Assembly: GCA_951406725.2 (NCBI GenBank)
Contig: OX597825.1
Location: forward strand, 15,934,001 to 15,998,000
Source of the DNA: Octopus vulgaris
Lineage: Eukaryota
Length of the DNA: 64,000 nt
Direction: 5' to 3'
Shown here: positions 11,205 to 24,826 of the stretch, piece after piece
Layout of the letters: the number at the start of each line of letters is the position of its first letter
Numbering within the stretch: the first letter of the stretch is position 1
Position numbers and translations under genes: made by a program
Notes under the pieces: generated by a model
Told to the model about the DNA's origin: nothing
Seen by the model: the letters and a program-made list of their open reading frames with translations, nothing else
Database searches by the model: none

Positions 11205-11610
11205 AAAGCATTGTACGTTGACTTCACGTGATCACGTGACCGACCAGACCATCAGATGTTGTTACACATCGCTGGTCACAATGCGTTCGCATTGTTTTAG
11301 CCTTCGAATGACACCATCCCGCTGGCTAAGCGAGCAGGCCAACAGAAGAAAGAGTGGTGAAAGAGTACAGCAGGGATCACCACCCCCTGCCGGAGCCTCG
11401 TGGAGCTTTTAGGTGTTTTCGCTCAATAAACACACACAACGCCCGGTCTGGAAATCGAAACCGCGATCCTGCGACCGCGAGTCCGCTGCCCTAACCACTG
11501 GGCCATTGCGCCTCCACACGTTGACTTATTTTCACTAAATAAAATTGGTAATGGGTTAGTTTTGTTGCGTGTTTTTAACTAATTTGATCCTTGAGGGTGG
11601 GGAATAAATT

Positions 11611-11848
11611 ACCTATTTCTTTCCTGCCCACAAGGGGATACACACAGAGGGGACAAACAAGGACAGACAAACGGATTAAGTCGATTACATCGACCCCAGT
11701 GCGTAACTGGTACTTAATTTATCGACCTCCGAAAGGATGAAAGGCAAAGTCGACCTCAGTGGAATTTGAACTCAGAACGTAAAGGCCGACGAAATAGCGC
11801 TAGGCATTTCGCCCGGCGTGCTAACGTTTCTGCCAGCTCGCCGCCTTA
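11611..11848 (-). mobile_element. tRNA-derived SINE family 'C' (ggcggcgagctggcagaaacgttagcacgccgggcgaaat...)
   Basis: The most abundant repeat here. Copies at ~8280-8419, 12447-12870, 13405-13637, 22332-22562, 39679-39932, 46203-46420, 55164-55293, 56710-57120, 57688-58106, 58590-59165 and 62667-62866; B box GAGTTCAAATTCC. Confidence 0.85.
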
Positions 11849-12904
11849 TGGGGAATAAATTAATTACCTTTACAATTTAAAGTTCAGAAGTGTGGAAGTT
11901 GTAAAGATAATTTATGGACACTGCGGATACGATAGTAAGAGAAAGCTAAAACAAACGGAGTAGGAGTGAGTGACAATTATGAATGAAGGCGAATTTGAGT
12001 CGACAAATTGTAAACCAACATGCGCGCCCCCACACTCATTCATGCACTCACATACACATATCTATGTACATCAATAGGTGTGGAGGCGCAATGGCCCAGT
12101 GGTTAGGGCAGTGGACTCGCGGTCATAGGATCGCGGTTTCGATTCCCAGACCGGGCGATGTGAGTGTTTATTGAGCCGAAAACACCTAAAAAGCTCCACG
12201 AGGCTCCGGCAGGGGGTGGTGGTGATCCCTGCTGTACTCTTTCACCACAACTTTCTCTCACTCTTACTTCCTGTTTCTGTTGTACCTGTATTTCAAAGGG
12301 CCGGTCTTGTCACTCTCTGTGTCACGCTGAATATCCCCGAGAAGCAAGCTACTTACCACACAGTAAGCAAGCTACTTACCACACAGTAAGCAAGCTACTT
12401 ACCACACAGCCACTCCTGCGCCTATATATATATATATATATATATATATTCTTTATTGCCCACAAGGGGCTAAACATAGAGGGGACAAACAAGGACAGAC
12501 AAAGGGATTAAGTCGATTACATCGACACCAGTACGAAACTGGTACTTTATATATCGACCCTGAAAGGAAGAAAGCCAAAGTCGACCTCTGCGGAATTTGA
12601 ACTTAGAACGTAACAACAGACGAAATACCTTAGAATTTGAACTTAGAACGTAACAACATGCTAAACACAGAGGGGACAAACAAGGACAGACAAACGAATT
12701 AAGTCGATTACATCGACCCCAGTGCGTAACTGGTACTTATTTAATCGACCCCGAAAGAATGAAAGGCAAAGTCGATCTCGGTGGAATTTGAACTCAGAAC
12801 GTAGCGGCAGACGAAACACCGCTAAGCATTTCGCCCGGCGTGCTAGCGTTTCTGCCAGCTCGCCACCTTTACATGTATGATATATCTATCATACATATGT
12901 ATGT

Positions 12905-14430
12905 ATGATAGATTCTCTCAAAGCATTGATCATGTTCTATGGACACGAATGTATCTCTTGCAAACCTTTTGGCAAAGGGATCAAGTTGAGGGCTCAATTT
13001 GCTCGAGTGCTTGTGGATCATTCACTATGTGTTTTCTTGGGTGGACGGCAAGGCCTGCTTTAGTTCGTGCGACAAAACCAGATAAGAGGGGCAGCGTTTC
13101 GCCAGCGAGCCTTCATGCTTGCATAAAGTTGATTCTGATGGTGGAGTCGACTTTGCTAAAATCTTAGAACTGAAGAGAAGCAGGGGTGACGCCAGGTCCT
13201 ACGTTCTGATGCTTTGTTTTCCCAGGAAGAAAAGGAAATATTGCATCGCTTCAGATTGTCTTTTAGTTTGTCTTGAAGTTGCTTCAGAATTCTGATATCA
13301 CTCATACGTGAGACATGACCTGACCATCTAAGCTGTAATTTGATAAGGATGGCTTCAATATCTGATATGTTGCATTTTGTTAGCATCTCACTGTTACGAA
13401 TATATATTTCTTTACTACCCACAAGGGGCTAAACACAGAGGGGACAAACAAGGACAGGTAAACGGATTAAGTCGATTACATCGACCCCAGTGCGTAACTG
13501 GTTCTTAATTTATCGACCCCGAAAGGATGAAAGGCAAAGTCGACCTCGGCGGAATTTGAACTCAGAACGTAGCGGCATACGAAACACCGTTAAGCACTTC
13601 GCCCGGCGTGCTAAAGTTTCTGCCAGCTCGCCGCCTTCTCTCACTGTTACGAATATAGTCACTCGGTTTTATGGGGATAGTACGCAAGCATCGCACATAA
13701 AAAGTGTTACTCTGGTTGATGTGCCTTTTGGTACAGGGTCCAAGATTCAGCACAGTAAAGCAATATTGTCAAAACCACCGACCTATACACATTGGCTTTC
13801 ACCTTCAACGATACGTCGTGGCTGTTCCAAAGCTTACCGAAAATGGAACTAGCCTTCCCGATTCTGGACTCAATTTCTTTATCCATCTTAGCATTATTGG
13901 ACACAATGGAACCAAGATAAGTGAAGGGGAAACAGTTTTTTATTGCTTTCCCATCAACATATAGTGAAGGGGCTACAGTGGGAAGATGGCCACAAAAGGG
14001 TCGATGGACAAGCTCAGTTTTCTGGATGCTAATGGTCATACCAGAAGCCTTCGATGCACACGAGAAGTTGTTTAGAATCCATTGCATGTCCTCAAGACAC
14101 GCAAGTGCACAATCGCCTACGAAGAGCAAATATAAAACTGTTTGCACCAAAGTCTTAGCTTTTGCTTTGAAGAAGTGTTGGTTGAACAAACCATCACCGG
14201 TTCAGTACTCAAACTATACTTCTTCTTTAACACTCCCGAACGCTGAGAAATACAAGGCAAATAAGAGTGGTGCAAGAACAGCTTTGTTTTGTCCCATTTG
14301 AGATTGTGAATGAATCGGGCACTTACCCGCTAGATCTAACAGAAGCCATCACCCCTGGATGAAAGAAATTATATTAAGCATCTTTTCGGCAACACCTAGC
14401 TTTCTAAGGACAACTCAAAGGGCATCCTTA
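12905..14430 (-). mobile_element. Degenerate RTE-clade LINE (reverse transcriptase and C-terminal region), interrupted by a SINE
   Basis: LLFVGDCAL (degenerate YADD), FTYLGS, IESRIGKAS, YRSVVLTILLYCAESWTLY, LQLRWSGHVSRM; frameshifted. The SINE at 13405-13637 has a 19-bp TSD tctcactgttacgaatata (13386-13404 / 13639-13657). Confidence 0.88.
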
Positions 14431-14492
14431 TGTATGTATGTATGTATGTATGTATGTATGTATGTATGTATGTATGTATGTATGTATGTATG

Positions 14493-14567
14493 CTCTGAAG
14501 AGCGCAGAGTTACATAATCGAGCTGTTAGCACTCCGCTGAATCCCAAGCGCGAAACCGATTGGTAAG
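14493..14567 (+). ncRNA. Hammerhead ribozyme core motif
   Basis: ct-CTGAAGA-gcgc...gcgc-GAAAC-c-gatt-g-GTA-ag; stem I only 2 bp, apparently truncated by the adjacent (TATG)n. Confidence 0.5.
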
Positions 14568-14597
14568 ATCAGGTGTGACACTGTGCAATTCGGTTTG

Positions 14598-14631
<34 letters not shown>

Positions 14632-14638
14632 TGTATGT

Positions 14639-14696
<58 letters not shown>

Positions 14697-14726
14697 GGAT
14701 GGATGGATGGATAGATAGATAGATAA

Positions 14727-14838
<112 letters not shown>

Positions 14839-15142
14839 TCTTCAACTATATCGTAATTTGAACATTCCTTGTGCTACATGTGTTATGGTTCGAAGCACTC
14901 GTGTTTTCGTTTTTCGAAGTGAAGTTTGGTGATATCTATAAAAGTTAGACAAGCCGACCTAAAGGAACAGGCATTAAACAGAACAATTTCAAAATAATGC
15001 AGCCAGGAATGCTCGTTCCAAGAGAACAGGAAACATCCGAACAATGACACGTCAGGTTGGAATTTAGCTATTTTTCTCGTGAAGAGTAACATTTAACTAC
15101 GATCTGACACATGGACATTACAATATATACCTTATGAATACA

Positions 15143-15445
15143 CTAGCAGTATCACCCGCCGTTGCTCGGGTTTGTAAGGAAAATAACTATATTAGAATTT
15201 TTAGAGAGTTACTTCCCTTATATAAACCGAGCAAAAAATGCATTAAAAATGCGGAAAAGTGATGGTAAATTTTTTTAAAATCGTAGACTCATCGTAGACG
15301 CGCGCTAATACCTAGAAGGGCTCGATATGAATCACGACTATAAGATACCCGGTTTTGGTTAAACCGCACCGCAAAATGTGGGAGTAGTTAGAAATCTAAA
15401 TCGGAGTAGACAGACACACACACAACTTCAGTTTTATATATAAAG
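15143..15445 (-). mobile_element. Non-autonomous Helitron-like element
   Basis: Reverse copy of 17653-18044; 3' hairpin plus CTAG terminus. Confidence 0.7.
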
Positions 15446-16280
15446 GTTTGAGTACAGTACAGAGCGGGCGAAGGCCGAGCGACCGCTAATATTATTAACC
15501 CTGCGTGTAGAAGCGAAGTGGGGTTATTGCAGTTGCTCGTCTTAGTCTATTTGTCTGTGTGTTTGGAAAATGGGGTCGATGCCATAAGTGTGCGAATCTG
15601 AGAGGGGAATATGTTGAATAAAATCATAATTAACTGATTCTCCTGTATTTTCTTTTTACCCAAAGCCAGGAACTTTTGGCGCCCCTCGTATATTGCACGA
15701 CAGAATACGTACTAGGCTTAAAAAATAAGTGCCGGGGTCGATTTCTTCAACTGAAACCCTTCAAGACGGTGCTCCAGCATGGTCGTAGTCAAATGACTGA
15801 AACAAGTAAAAGAATAAAGGAATATTGTATATATATATATATGCTTTCAGTGCGAATGGTGTTTTTTATATGGCTCCGACTTTACAAGCCTGTAAATAAT
15901 AATAGTATTTTTATATAAGCTTAAAGCTTCTGGCTTATATATATATAAGTGTACACAAGCAAGATTGGATTGAGCAAACGTGCTTTATTGCATAACACTT
16001 CAATTGCTTCATCTTCACTTTACCAACCAAAACTTTTATACTATTGTAGGATATACTATCATGTGATACATGAAATATATTACATCGCATCAGTATTTAT
16101 TACATCAGAAACATTGGTGAGAAAACAAATGATAAAACAAAAAAAAAAAAATGAAAACTAGACACAAATAATTAAACAGACAAAACATAGCATTTAACCG
16201 ATCTTTGTGTCTGCATAGTTCTAATTCCCTAATAGCCATTGTCGCCAGGGGTGGGTAGGCCCTCTTAACAGACCAATCAA

Positions 16281-16367
<87 letters not shown>

Positions 16368-16482
16368 TTTGAGCTAAACTTGACCTTTTGCAAAGGAAAA
16401 GAAAAACACGATACGCCCTTAAAAAAATCAAATGTATTTTGAAAAAAAAATACTAACTAGATTATGGTTGGTTGATAACATT

Positions 16483-17060
16483 TTACTCAAAGTAGCCGTT
16501 CTCAGCTTCCACCACGGCTCCAAGACAGCTCCGGAACCCGATGCGTGCGTTCTTCATTGGGTCCCTGTGAAGATCTTCGAACATCTCCTTGATCTTGGCA
16601 AACCATCTCGGCCTTGGTATTTCAGGCAGAGCGGTTAGTGTTTTTCTCAACTCCGCCTCACACATAGCAATCCATGGAATAACAATTACGAGGTTAGAAA
16701 CTGGAGCAGGTGGAATCGTAGAAATTCTCCGACAAACACTTCAGAATCTCTTCGGAGGTATGGCAAAGAGCTGAATCCTACTGCCACACATATGGCTCTC
16801 CAGCGAGGGTTTTACAACAAGTCCCAGACTTTCACATAGCTGTCTTAATTAAGCCAAAGTCCCTTGTCTTGCAGTTGTTGAATGAATTCTGCTATGAAGA
16901 CAGTCAGAAGGCCTGCTGTGTTCCTTCCTGCTGGCCACGACTTCGTATTCCTTGCAGCTATTCCTATTGCGTCTTACAGCCTGTTGGCATTTTGATATCT
17001 GGCGCGTATCATCGTAATACAGGTAACTATTTTCCAATATTCAGATGGCTTCCAGTCCTC
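16483..17060 (-). pseudogene. Decayed Tc1/mariner-superfamily (DD37D/maT-like) transposase
   Basis: C-terminal FRSCLGAVVEAENGYFE* resembles the maT-type RLEAV..A.GGYFE end; RKEHSRPSDC..EFIQQLQDK upstream; multiple frameshifts. Confidence 0.6.
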
Positions 17061-17207
17061 AATGGCAGCTAACTTTTCCTCAACTACAACTTTAATATTT
17101 ATGCTGCCCACCGCGGCTAACAGTTCACTAGTACATCAAACCATTCCTGAGAAAAGGAGACAAAGAAAATCGTCAAATTCAACCCGAACACCCTTATATA
17201 TATGTAT

Positions 17208-17291
<84 letters not shown>

Positions 17292-17310
17292 CATACACAC
17301 ACACACACAT

Positions 17311-17355
<45 letters not shown>

Positions 17356-17438
17356 CACACACACATAGACACGAGTAAGTGGATAAACAAATAAAAAGGA
17401 AACTCAACAAGTTTAGTAGGCGTTACATGTATCGTTTG

Positions 17439-17603
17439 AAACTGTTTCATTCGGTTCCGTACTGCTTCAAGTTTCGCAGGCCCTTAACGGAAGTCCAACT
17501 CCTTCAGGCTTCTGGAACTAGGCATTCCAGAAGCCTGAGAGAGTCGGGCCCCTGTTAGAGGCCTCCGAAATTTGAAGTAGCACGGAACCGAATCAAACTG
17601 TTT
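17439..17603. repeat. Imperfect inverted repeat (~79-bp arms, ~7-nt loop)
   Basis: ...attcggttccgtactgcttcaagtttcg...caggcttctggaa ctaggca ttccagaagcctg...cgaaatttgaagtagcacggaaccgaat... Confidence 0.85.
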
Positions 17604-17605
17604 TT

Positions 17606-17652
<47 letters not shown>

Positions 17653-17655
<3 letters not shown>

Positions 17656-18044
17656 TTATATATAAAAGTAAGGTTGTGTGTCTATCTCCTACGATTTAGA
17701 TTCCTAACTACTCCCACATTTTGCGGTGCAGTTTAACCAAAACCGGGTATCTTATAGTCGTGATTCATATCGAGCCCTTCTGGGTATTAGCGCGCGTCTA
17801 CGATGAGTCTACGATTTAAAAACAAATTACCATCAATTTTTCCCATTTTTAATGCATTTTTGGCATATATGAGGGAAGTAACTCTCTAAAAATTTATTAT
17901 TAAATCTCAGAACGTAAAAAGCTACAGTAACACCCCACCTTTGTGGTTAGCCTTATTGAGATGGCTATTATACTTTACATCTCTAAAAATGCTTATATAG
18001 TTATTTCCCTTACAAACCCGAGCAACGCCGGGCGATACTGCTAG
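17653..18044 (+). mobile_element. Non-autonomous Helitron-like element
   Basis: 5' TC, subterminal hairpin cccgagcaacgccggg, 3' CTAG, inserted between A and T; related copy at 36845-37216. Confidence 0.75.
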
Positions 18045-20863
18045 TAATATATATAATATATTACTTAATGTGTTTACGGGGACGTAAACACACCACCATC
18101 GGTTGTCAAGCGATGTTGGGGGGACAAGCACAGACACAGAAACATATACACACACAAATATATACATACATATATACGACGGGCTTCTTTCAGTTTCCGT
18201 CTACCAAATCCACTCACAAGGCTTTGGTCGGCCTGAGGCTATAGTAGAAGACACTTGCCCAAGGTGCCACGCAGTGGGACTGAACCCGGAACCATGCGCC
18301 TATATATATACATACAAACATACATGCATACATATATGCATACATACATACATGCATGCATACATACATATATACATGCATACATACATACATACATACA
18401 TACATACATACATGCATACATACATATATATACGTACATACATACGTACATTTTATATATGTGTGTGTGCGTGTGTATTCACTGATAGATACATAGATAG
18501 ATAGATTCATGTGTGTGTATATGTACACGTCCGCACACACATACACACACACATACACACACATACACACACATACACACACACATATACACACACACAT
18601 ACACACACATGAGCCTGTATCCTTGTGTCTGTGTTTGTCTCCTTCACCACCTCTTGACAGTCAGTGTTTGTGTGTTTACGTCCCAGTAACTTAGCAGTTC
18701 AGCAAAACAGACTGATACAATAAGTACCAGGCTTTAAAAATTACGTGCTGGGATCGATTCATTTGACAAACATTTCTTCGAGGCGGTGCCCCAGCATGGC
18801 CGCAGCTTAATTACTGACACAGGTAGAAAAAACAAAAGGATATAAAATTGTCAGATTTTTCACAGGTTTAGAAGATCTCCAGTGAGACCAGTGTTGAGAT
18901 TATCTTTTTGGAAGGCAACCCCATCGTTGTCTGTCCTGACGTGACGAAGCGCATTGATAAAATATCCTGTAGTCTGCATCTGTCTGATGCCAGAATTAGA
19001 TTCTCTGCTACAAGTGTAACCAAAATAAAGAAAATAGAAAAGATTATTTGGAATATATTTTTGTTGTGGATATCTCATTTTAGAATTAAAATTACTAGTC
19101 GTAATTTTTCTTCTTTTTAAGTGACAATATATATGGGTTTAACATTGATTATTAGAAGCAAATGAATGCAAAATTTAACATTGAAACTTGTTCTTCTGCA
19201 GCAGACAGTCCATTTAAAAAAATGGCATTGTAGAGCGACAGAACTTGTTAGTGACGGAAGCAGTGCAGCAAACATTAGAAGATGGGAAATGTGAACCGAA
19301 GATAGCCCTCTATTGGGTTACTAGTACAAAAAAAAAAACATAATTACTCAGGACATTGTATCTGTGAATTTGTATTTAGCTCTATTGTTACCAAATTCTC
19401 GGTTCTGCTTGATTAGTCAGCTGTCCTGAAATGTAATGATATGATCAGACATGCGGTTAATAGTGCTAAGTGTATCAGTTATGAATTGGTGAGGGCAGAC
19501 TTTTGATTTCCCCACAACATTTTTGTAGGGCGATATACCGGAGAGAGGTGTTCCTTAAGCCATATCTGAAACTGGACAGATGTATGGGTTGAATGATTCA
19601 CTTTGGTCATTGTACAAAGTCACCTTTGTACTAATCAACCACATGGCCTAGTGGTTAGAGCAGCGGACTGGCGGTCGAGGGATCGCGGGTTCGAATCTCA
19701 GACCGGGCGATGTGTGTGTTTATGAGCGAAACACCTAAGCTCCACGCGGCTCCGGCAGAAGGTAATGGCGAACTTCTGCTGACTCTTTCGCCACAACTTT
19801 CTCTCACTCTTTCCTCTTGCATCTTGCAGCTCACCTGCGACGGACCGGTGTCCTGTTCAGGTGGGGAAGCTATACGCCAAGGAAACGGGGAAACCGGCCC
19901 TTATGAGCCAGGCGTGGCTCGAGAAGGAACAAACAACTGTTTCTCCTAAAGGATGAACATAATCAAAGTAGGGCGAGTTGTGGGTGTTTATGATTTTGCT
20001 TTATTTCTCTGATATGGTGTATGGAGGAAACTGATGGATATTTGAGGCAATGATGGCGAATGATTTTGTATTCCGTGTAAATGAAATGTTTGAGAAGATG
20101 AATACAGTAATGAGAAAGGAGTTTGAAGTGGGAAAATCACGAGAGTAGAACATTCGAGTACTTAGGACTGAATGGTAATCGATCCCAGAATGGAATCACA
20201 GTAGATTCAGATATATACTGGTACTACATAGATCACGACGACGAGGATTCCAGTTGATCCGATCAACGGAAACAGCCTGCTCGTGAAATTATGGTGTAAG
20301 TGGCTGAGCACTCCAGAGATACGTGTACTTTTAACGTAGTTCTCAGGGAGATTCAGCGTGACACAGCGTGACACAGAGAGTGACAAGACAGGCCCTTTGA
20401 AATACAGGTACAACTCATTTTAACCAGCTGAGTGGAATGGAGCAACGTGAAATAAAGTGCCTTGCTCAAGGACAAAACGCGTCGCCGGGAATTGAACTCA
20501 CGACCTTGCGATCGTGGGCCAAATACCAGAACCACTAAGCCACGCGCCTTCACTCAGATATATACATGTTATCAATATCTCCAGTAGAAATAAGAATAAG
20601 AAGATTACGAAGGAAGAATGATGAGTGAAATTCAGATGAGAAATTCTGAATTAGAAATTTAAAAAATTGCAGATCATATGATGTAGGTATCAACACAAAC
20701 TCGTCCATGCGTGACATTTGTTTGTGAAATGCCAATGATGGAAAACACCCCAAAGCAAGGATTCTGTTTAAATCTAATAAAGCATTATCAAAGCTTAAAG
20801 AGAGATTCCACGTTATTTCCAATGTTAAGAAAGTCTTCAGGTGTGAATATTATCTGTCATTCT

Positions 20864-22739
20864 GACTTTGCCTTTCATCCTTTCGAGGTCGATTAAATAA
20901 GTACCAGTTACGCACTGGGGTCGATATAATCGACTTAATCCATTTGTCTGTCCTTGTTTTTGTCCCCTCTGTGTTTAGCCCCTTGTGGGTAGTAAAGAAA
21001 TAGGTATTGGTCGTGGATGTAGCTGTGGTGGTAGTGGTGGTGGTGTGTGGTGGTGGTGGTGGTGGTGGTGGTGTGTGGTGGTGGTGGTGGTGGTGGTGGT
21101 GGTGGTGGTGGTGGTGGTGGTGGTGGTGGTGGTGTGGTGGTGGTGGTGGTGGTGGTGTGTGGTGGTGGTGGTGGTGGTGGTGGTGGTGGTGTGTGGTGGT
21201 GGTGGTGGTGGTGGTGGTGGTGGTGGTGTGTGTGGTGTGTGGTGGTGGTGGTGGTGGTGGTGGTGGTGGTGTGGTGGTGGTGGTGGTGGTGGTGGTGGTG
21301 TGTGGTGGTGGTGGTGGTGGTGTGTGGTGGTGGTGGTGTGTGGTGGTGGTGGTGGTGGTGGTTATCGTCATCGTGATGTTAAGTACCTGTTCGTCCCAAT
21401 CCAGCAAGCAGCAGGCCTATGATTAAAAGTAAGCCAACCATGCCAGTCCAATCTATTTTTCCTTCGATCATAGTGTATATGGAACTGCATTATGTCCGCC
21501 GGGGGAATGTATCTTCACGAGATGGTTTTGCCGGAAGTACTCTGTAAAACTAAAACTCACAGCTTGTAGGACCCTAGAATTCAGAGCGACCTTAACTGAG
21601 AACGTGGGAACAAAAGCAATAACAGACAAACATTATAACAAAGAAATATACTGAGAATAAACATGTTATTTACCGGCTGCATTTAGGATCTCCGTGTTGA
21701 CGTTTTCTGCGATGGTACACAATAATCCATCGAAGCCGTCCTTTAACACTTCCAGTAACTTTTCCGGGGGCATTATTTCGTCCGAGGCCCATGATTTCAC
21801 AGTTATACCCTTATTTAACAGCACATATATCCCGGCCATAGGAATCCGACGCGTTATATAAACGCGTTTACCTGTCAAAGATTGGCCACATAAACACCTG
21901 AACATAATTTAATAAGTTCTTTGTTGTTTTAAACGTCACCCAAATATCCCCAATGGACATCATTGCCCCTTTGGCAGTGACATCTTGAAGATTATGTATT
22001 TTCCTTTTTCTTCACTTTCTTTTCTTTATTTTCCTTTCTTTCTTTCTTTCTTTTTATTTTGTTGACTTTATTTCAACGCTTTTGACGTTAAAAAAACGAA
22101 AAGAGAGAACGAAATACATTTAGCGTTTCTATGGCAATATTCACAAGAAATTAAATGGCAACGGTTTTTAGAATCTCTTAATTCTACGATATTGTCGGTA
22201 GTGGTCATGTTGATGGGAGTGGTGAAGGGGGTCGGGAGTAGTAATGTGAGTAGTGGTTGTGGTTATAGTTGTTGTGGTGATGATGGTTGTGGTGGTGATG
22301 GTGGTGTTGTTGTTGGTGGCAGTATTGTTCTGCGGCGAGCTGGCAGAAACGTTAGCACGCCGGGCGAAATGCCAAGTGCTATTTTGTCTACCTTTACGTT
22401 CTGAGTTCAAATTCCACCGAGGTCGACTTTGCCTTTCATCCTTTCGGGGTCGATTAAATAAGTACCAGTTACGCACTGGGGTCCATACAATCGACTTAAT
22501 CCGTTTATTTGTCCTTGTTTTTGTCCCCTCTGGGTTTAGCCCCTTGTGGGTAGTAAAGGAATAGGTATTGGTCGTGGATGTAGCTGTGGTGGTGGTGGTG
22601 GTGGCGGTCGTCGTCGTCGTCGTGATGTTAAGTACCTGTTCGTCCCAATCCAGCAAGCAGCAGACCTATGATTAAAAGTAAGCCAACCATGCCAGTCCAA
22701 TCTATTTTTCCTTCGATCATAGTGTATATGGAACTGCAT
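20864..22739. repeat. Near-identical direct repeats (20864-21490 and 22425-22739) flanking exon 1C
   Basis: Both copies = SINE C 3' end + ggtattggtcgtggatgtagctg + (GGT)n + ~120 bp unique sequence ending tatatggaactgcat; the (GGT)n tract differs in length. Confidence 0.88.
21674..21905 (-). CDS. GRHPR: GRHPR-like first coding exon, divergent variant C with N-terminal extension (232 nt)
   Basis: MFRCLCGQSLTGKRVYITRRIPMAG...WASDEIMP...GLLCTIAENVNTEILNAA(G); donor GCCG|gtaaat at the same codon and phase as A and B. With exons 2-3 it gives 331 aa. Confidence 0.82.
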
Positions 22740-22868
22740 CACCTGATGTGTCTATCACAGTATTCTAAACACGTTTCGGAGTAATTTGAAGGAAATTTTG
22801 GCTGTTATTTTTATACTTGTCTAGGTACTCTTTGTTCCTAGAAGCTAAATTACTTTCGATTCATAGTA

Positions 22869-23112
22869 TCCATCCATCCATCCATCCATCCATCCATCCA
22901 TCCATCCATCCATCCACCCATCCGTCCATCCGTCCATCCGTCCATCCAGCCATCCGTCCATCCAGCCATCCATCCATCCATCCACCCATCCGTCCATCCG
23001 TCCATCCGTCCGTCCGTCCGTCCGTCCATCCGTCCATCCAACCATCCATCCATCCATCTGTCCATCCGTCCGTCCGTCCGTCCATCCATCCATCCATCCA
23101 TCCATCCATCTG

Positions 23113-23145
<33 letters not shown>

Positions 23146-23229
23146 CCATCCATCCATCCATCCATCCATCCATCTATCCGTCCATCCGTCCGTCCGTCCA
23201 TCCGTCCATCCGTCCATCCGTCCATCCAT

Positions 23230-23263
<34 letters not shown>

Positions 23264-23338
23264 GTCCATCCGTCCATCCGTCCATCCATCCATCCATCCG
23301 TCCATCCGTCCGTCCGTCCGTCCTTCCATCCATCCATC
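22869..23338. repeat. (CCAT/CCGT)n tetranucleotide satellite
   Basis: Directly visible. Confidence 0.95.
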
Positions 23339-24208
23339 ATGCCTCTCTGCTCGCTATTCCTGGGGAGATCCGTGGGGGGAGGTTCAGTCCTCAGGCGCCT
23401 CTTCCTCCATAGGCAACCGTCATTACAGTTTCTGACTGAATTTCCAAGCGTGACCAATCAAGACTTGGTTTACCTCAGGTCTCTTGCCATTTGGCTTACC
23501 TTGAAGAATCCATCTTGCAACTCTTGACATTCCCGTGACATTCCACTCATGACCATAGTACCGGAGCCGTAACCTTTCTATCTAACTGTCTATGTAGCTA
23601 TCTATTCAGCTATCCAACTTCTCCGCTTACTATTCTTGGGATGGTCATGGAGGTATAATCCTCACGGTACCTCCTTCATAATATCCTATATCCTAATAAG
23701 GCGCGAGCTGGCTGAAACGCACACTGGGTGAAATGCTTAACTGTAGTTCGTTTGCCTTTACGTTTTAAATTATAGGTGTAGGAGTGGCTGTGTGGCAAGT
23801 AGCTTGCTTACCAGCCACATCGTTCCGGGTTCAGTCCCACTGCGTGGCACCTTGGGCAAATGTCTTCTACTATAGCCTAGGGCCGACCAAAGCCTTGTGA
23901 GTGGATTTGGTAGGCGGTAACTCAAAGAAGCCCGTCGTATATATGTATGTGTGTATATATGTTTGTGTGTCTGTGTTTGTCCCCCTAGCATTGCTTGACA
24001 ACCGATGCTGGTGTGTTTACTTCCTCGTTACGTAGCGGTTTGGCAAAAGAGACCGATAGAAGAAGTACTAGGCTTACAAAGAATAAGTGGGATTGAACGC
24101 ATGACCATTTGGTTAGGAAATTCAATTTCTCAACCACACACCCACGCCGGCATAACAAAAAAAAAGCAAAAAAAGTAAAACAGTCATTAAAAATATAGAA
24201 AAAAATTA

Positions 24209-24264
<56 letters not shown>

Positions 24265-24489
24265 ATACAAACACAAACACACACACACACACATTTCTCT
24301 GTTCGGCCTTCTTAGCTGTAATATTGCCCCGCTTCTTCTGCGAGTGAGGCATCACGTCTCTGAAAGCCAGTTGAAGAGGCTGATAATGCTGACATGTTAT
24401 CGCAGACATTCAAACACAGACAAAAATCGATACCAATATCTTGACGTCATCGAAGTAATTGTTTTGTTGTTGATTTTTTTTTTGTTTTT

Positions 24490-24530
<41 letters not shown>

Positions 24531-24794
24531 ATTATTATTCACAGATAATTGTGCTTCCTTTGCTACTGTAATACTTTTTGCTTAGCCCGTGTTTTGTGTA
24601 CGTACGCGTCGGGTTTTGGCTACGCGCTTGTGTTTTGTGATGTACGTACGTGTTTTGTGAACCCTCTGTGTGTGTGTGTATGTGTGTATGTGTGTGTGCG
24701 TGTGTTGTGAAGTAAATGTATTTGAGCGGGTATGCCCCTTTCTGCGTGTGTATTTCGTAATGTGTGTGCGGTGTGTGTGTGTGTGTGTGCGTGT

Positions 24795-24826
<32 letters not shown>

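Noticed and set aside
22817-23527. MDGW/PSIH repeat ORFs (superficially reflectin-like)
   Set aside because: Pure (CCAT)n satellite; lacks the reflectin MDMSNYSMD-type motif.
24290-24409. Short minus-strand ORF MSAITCQHYQ... upstream of exon 1C
   Set aside because: No recognisable homology or splice donor; runs into (GT)n.
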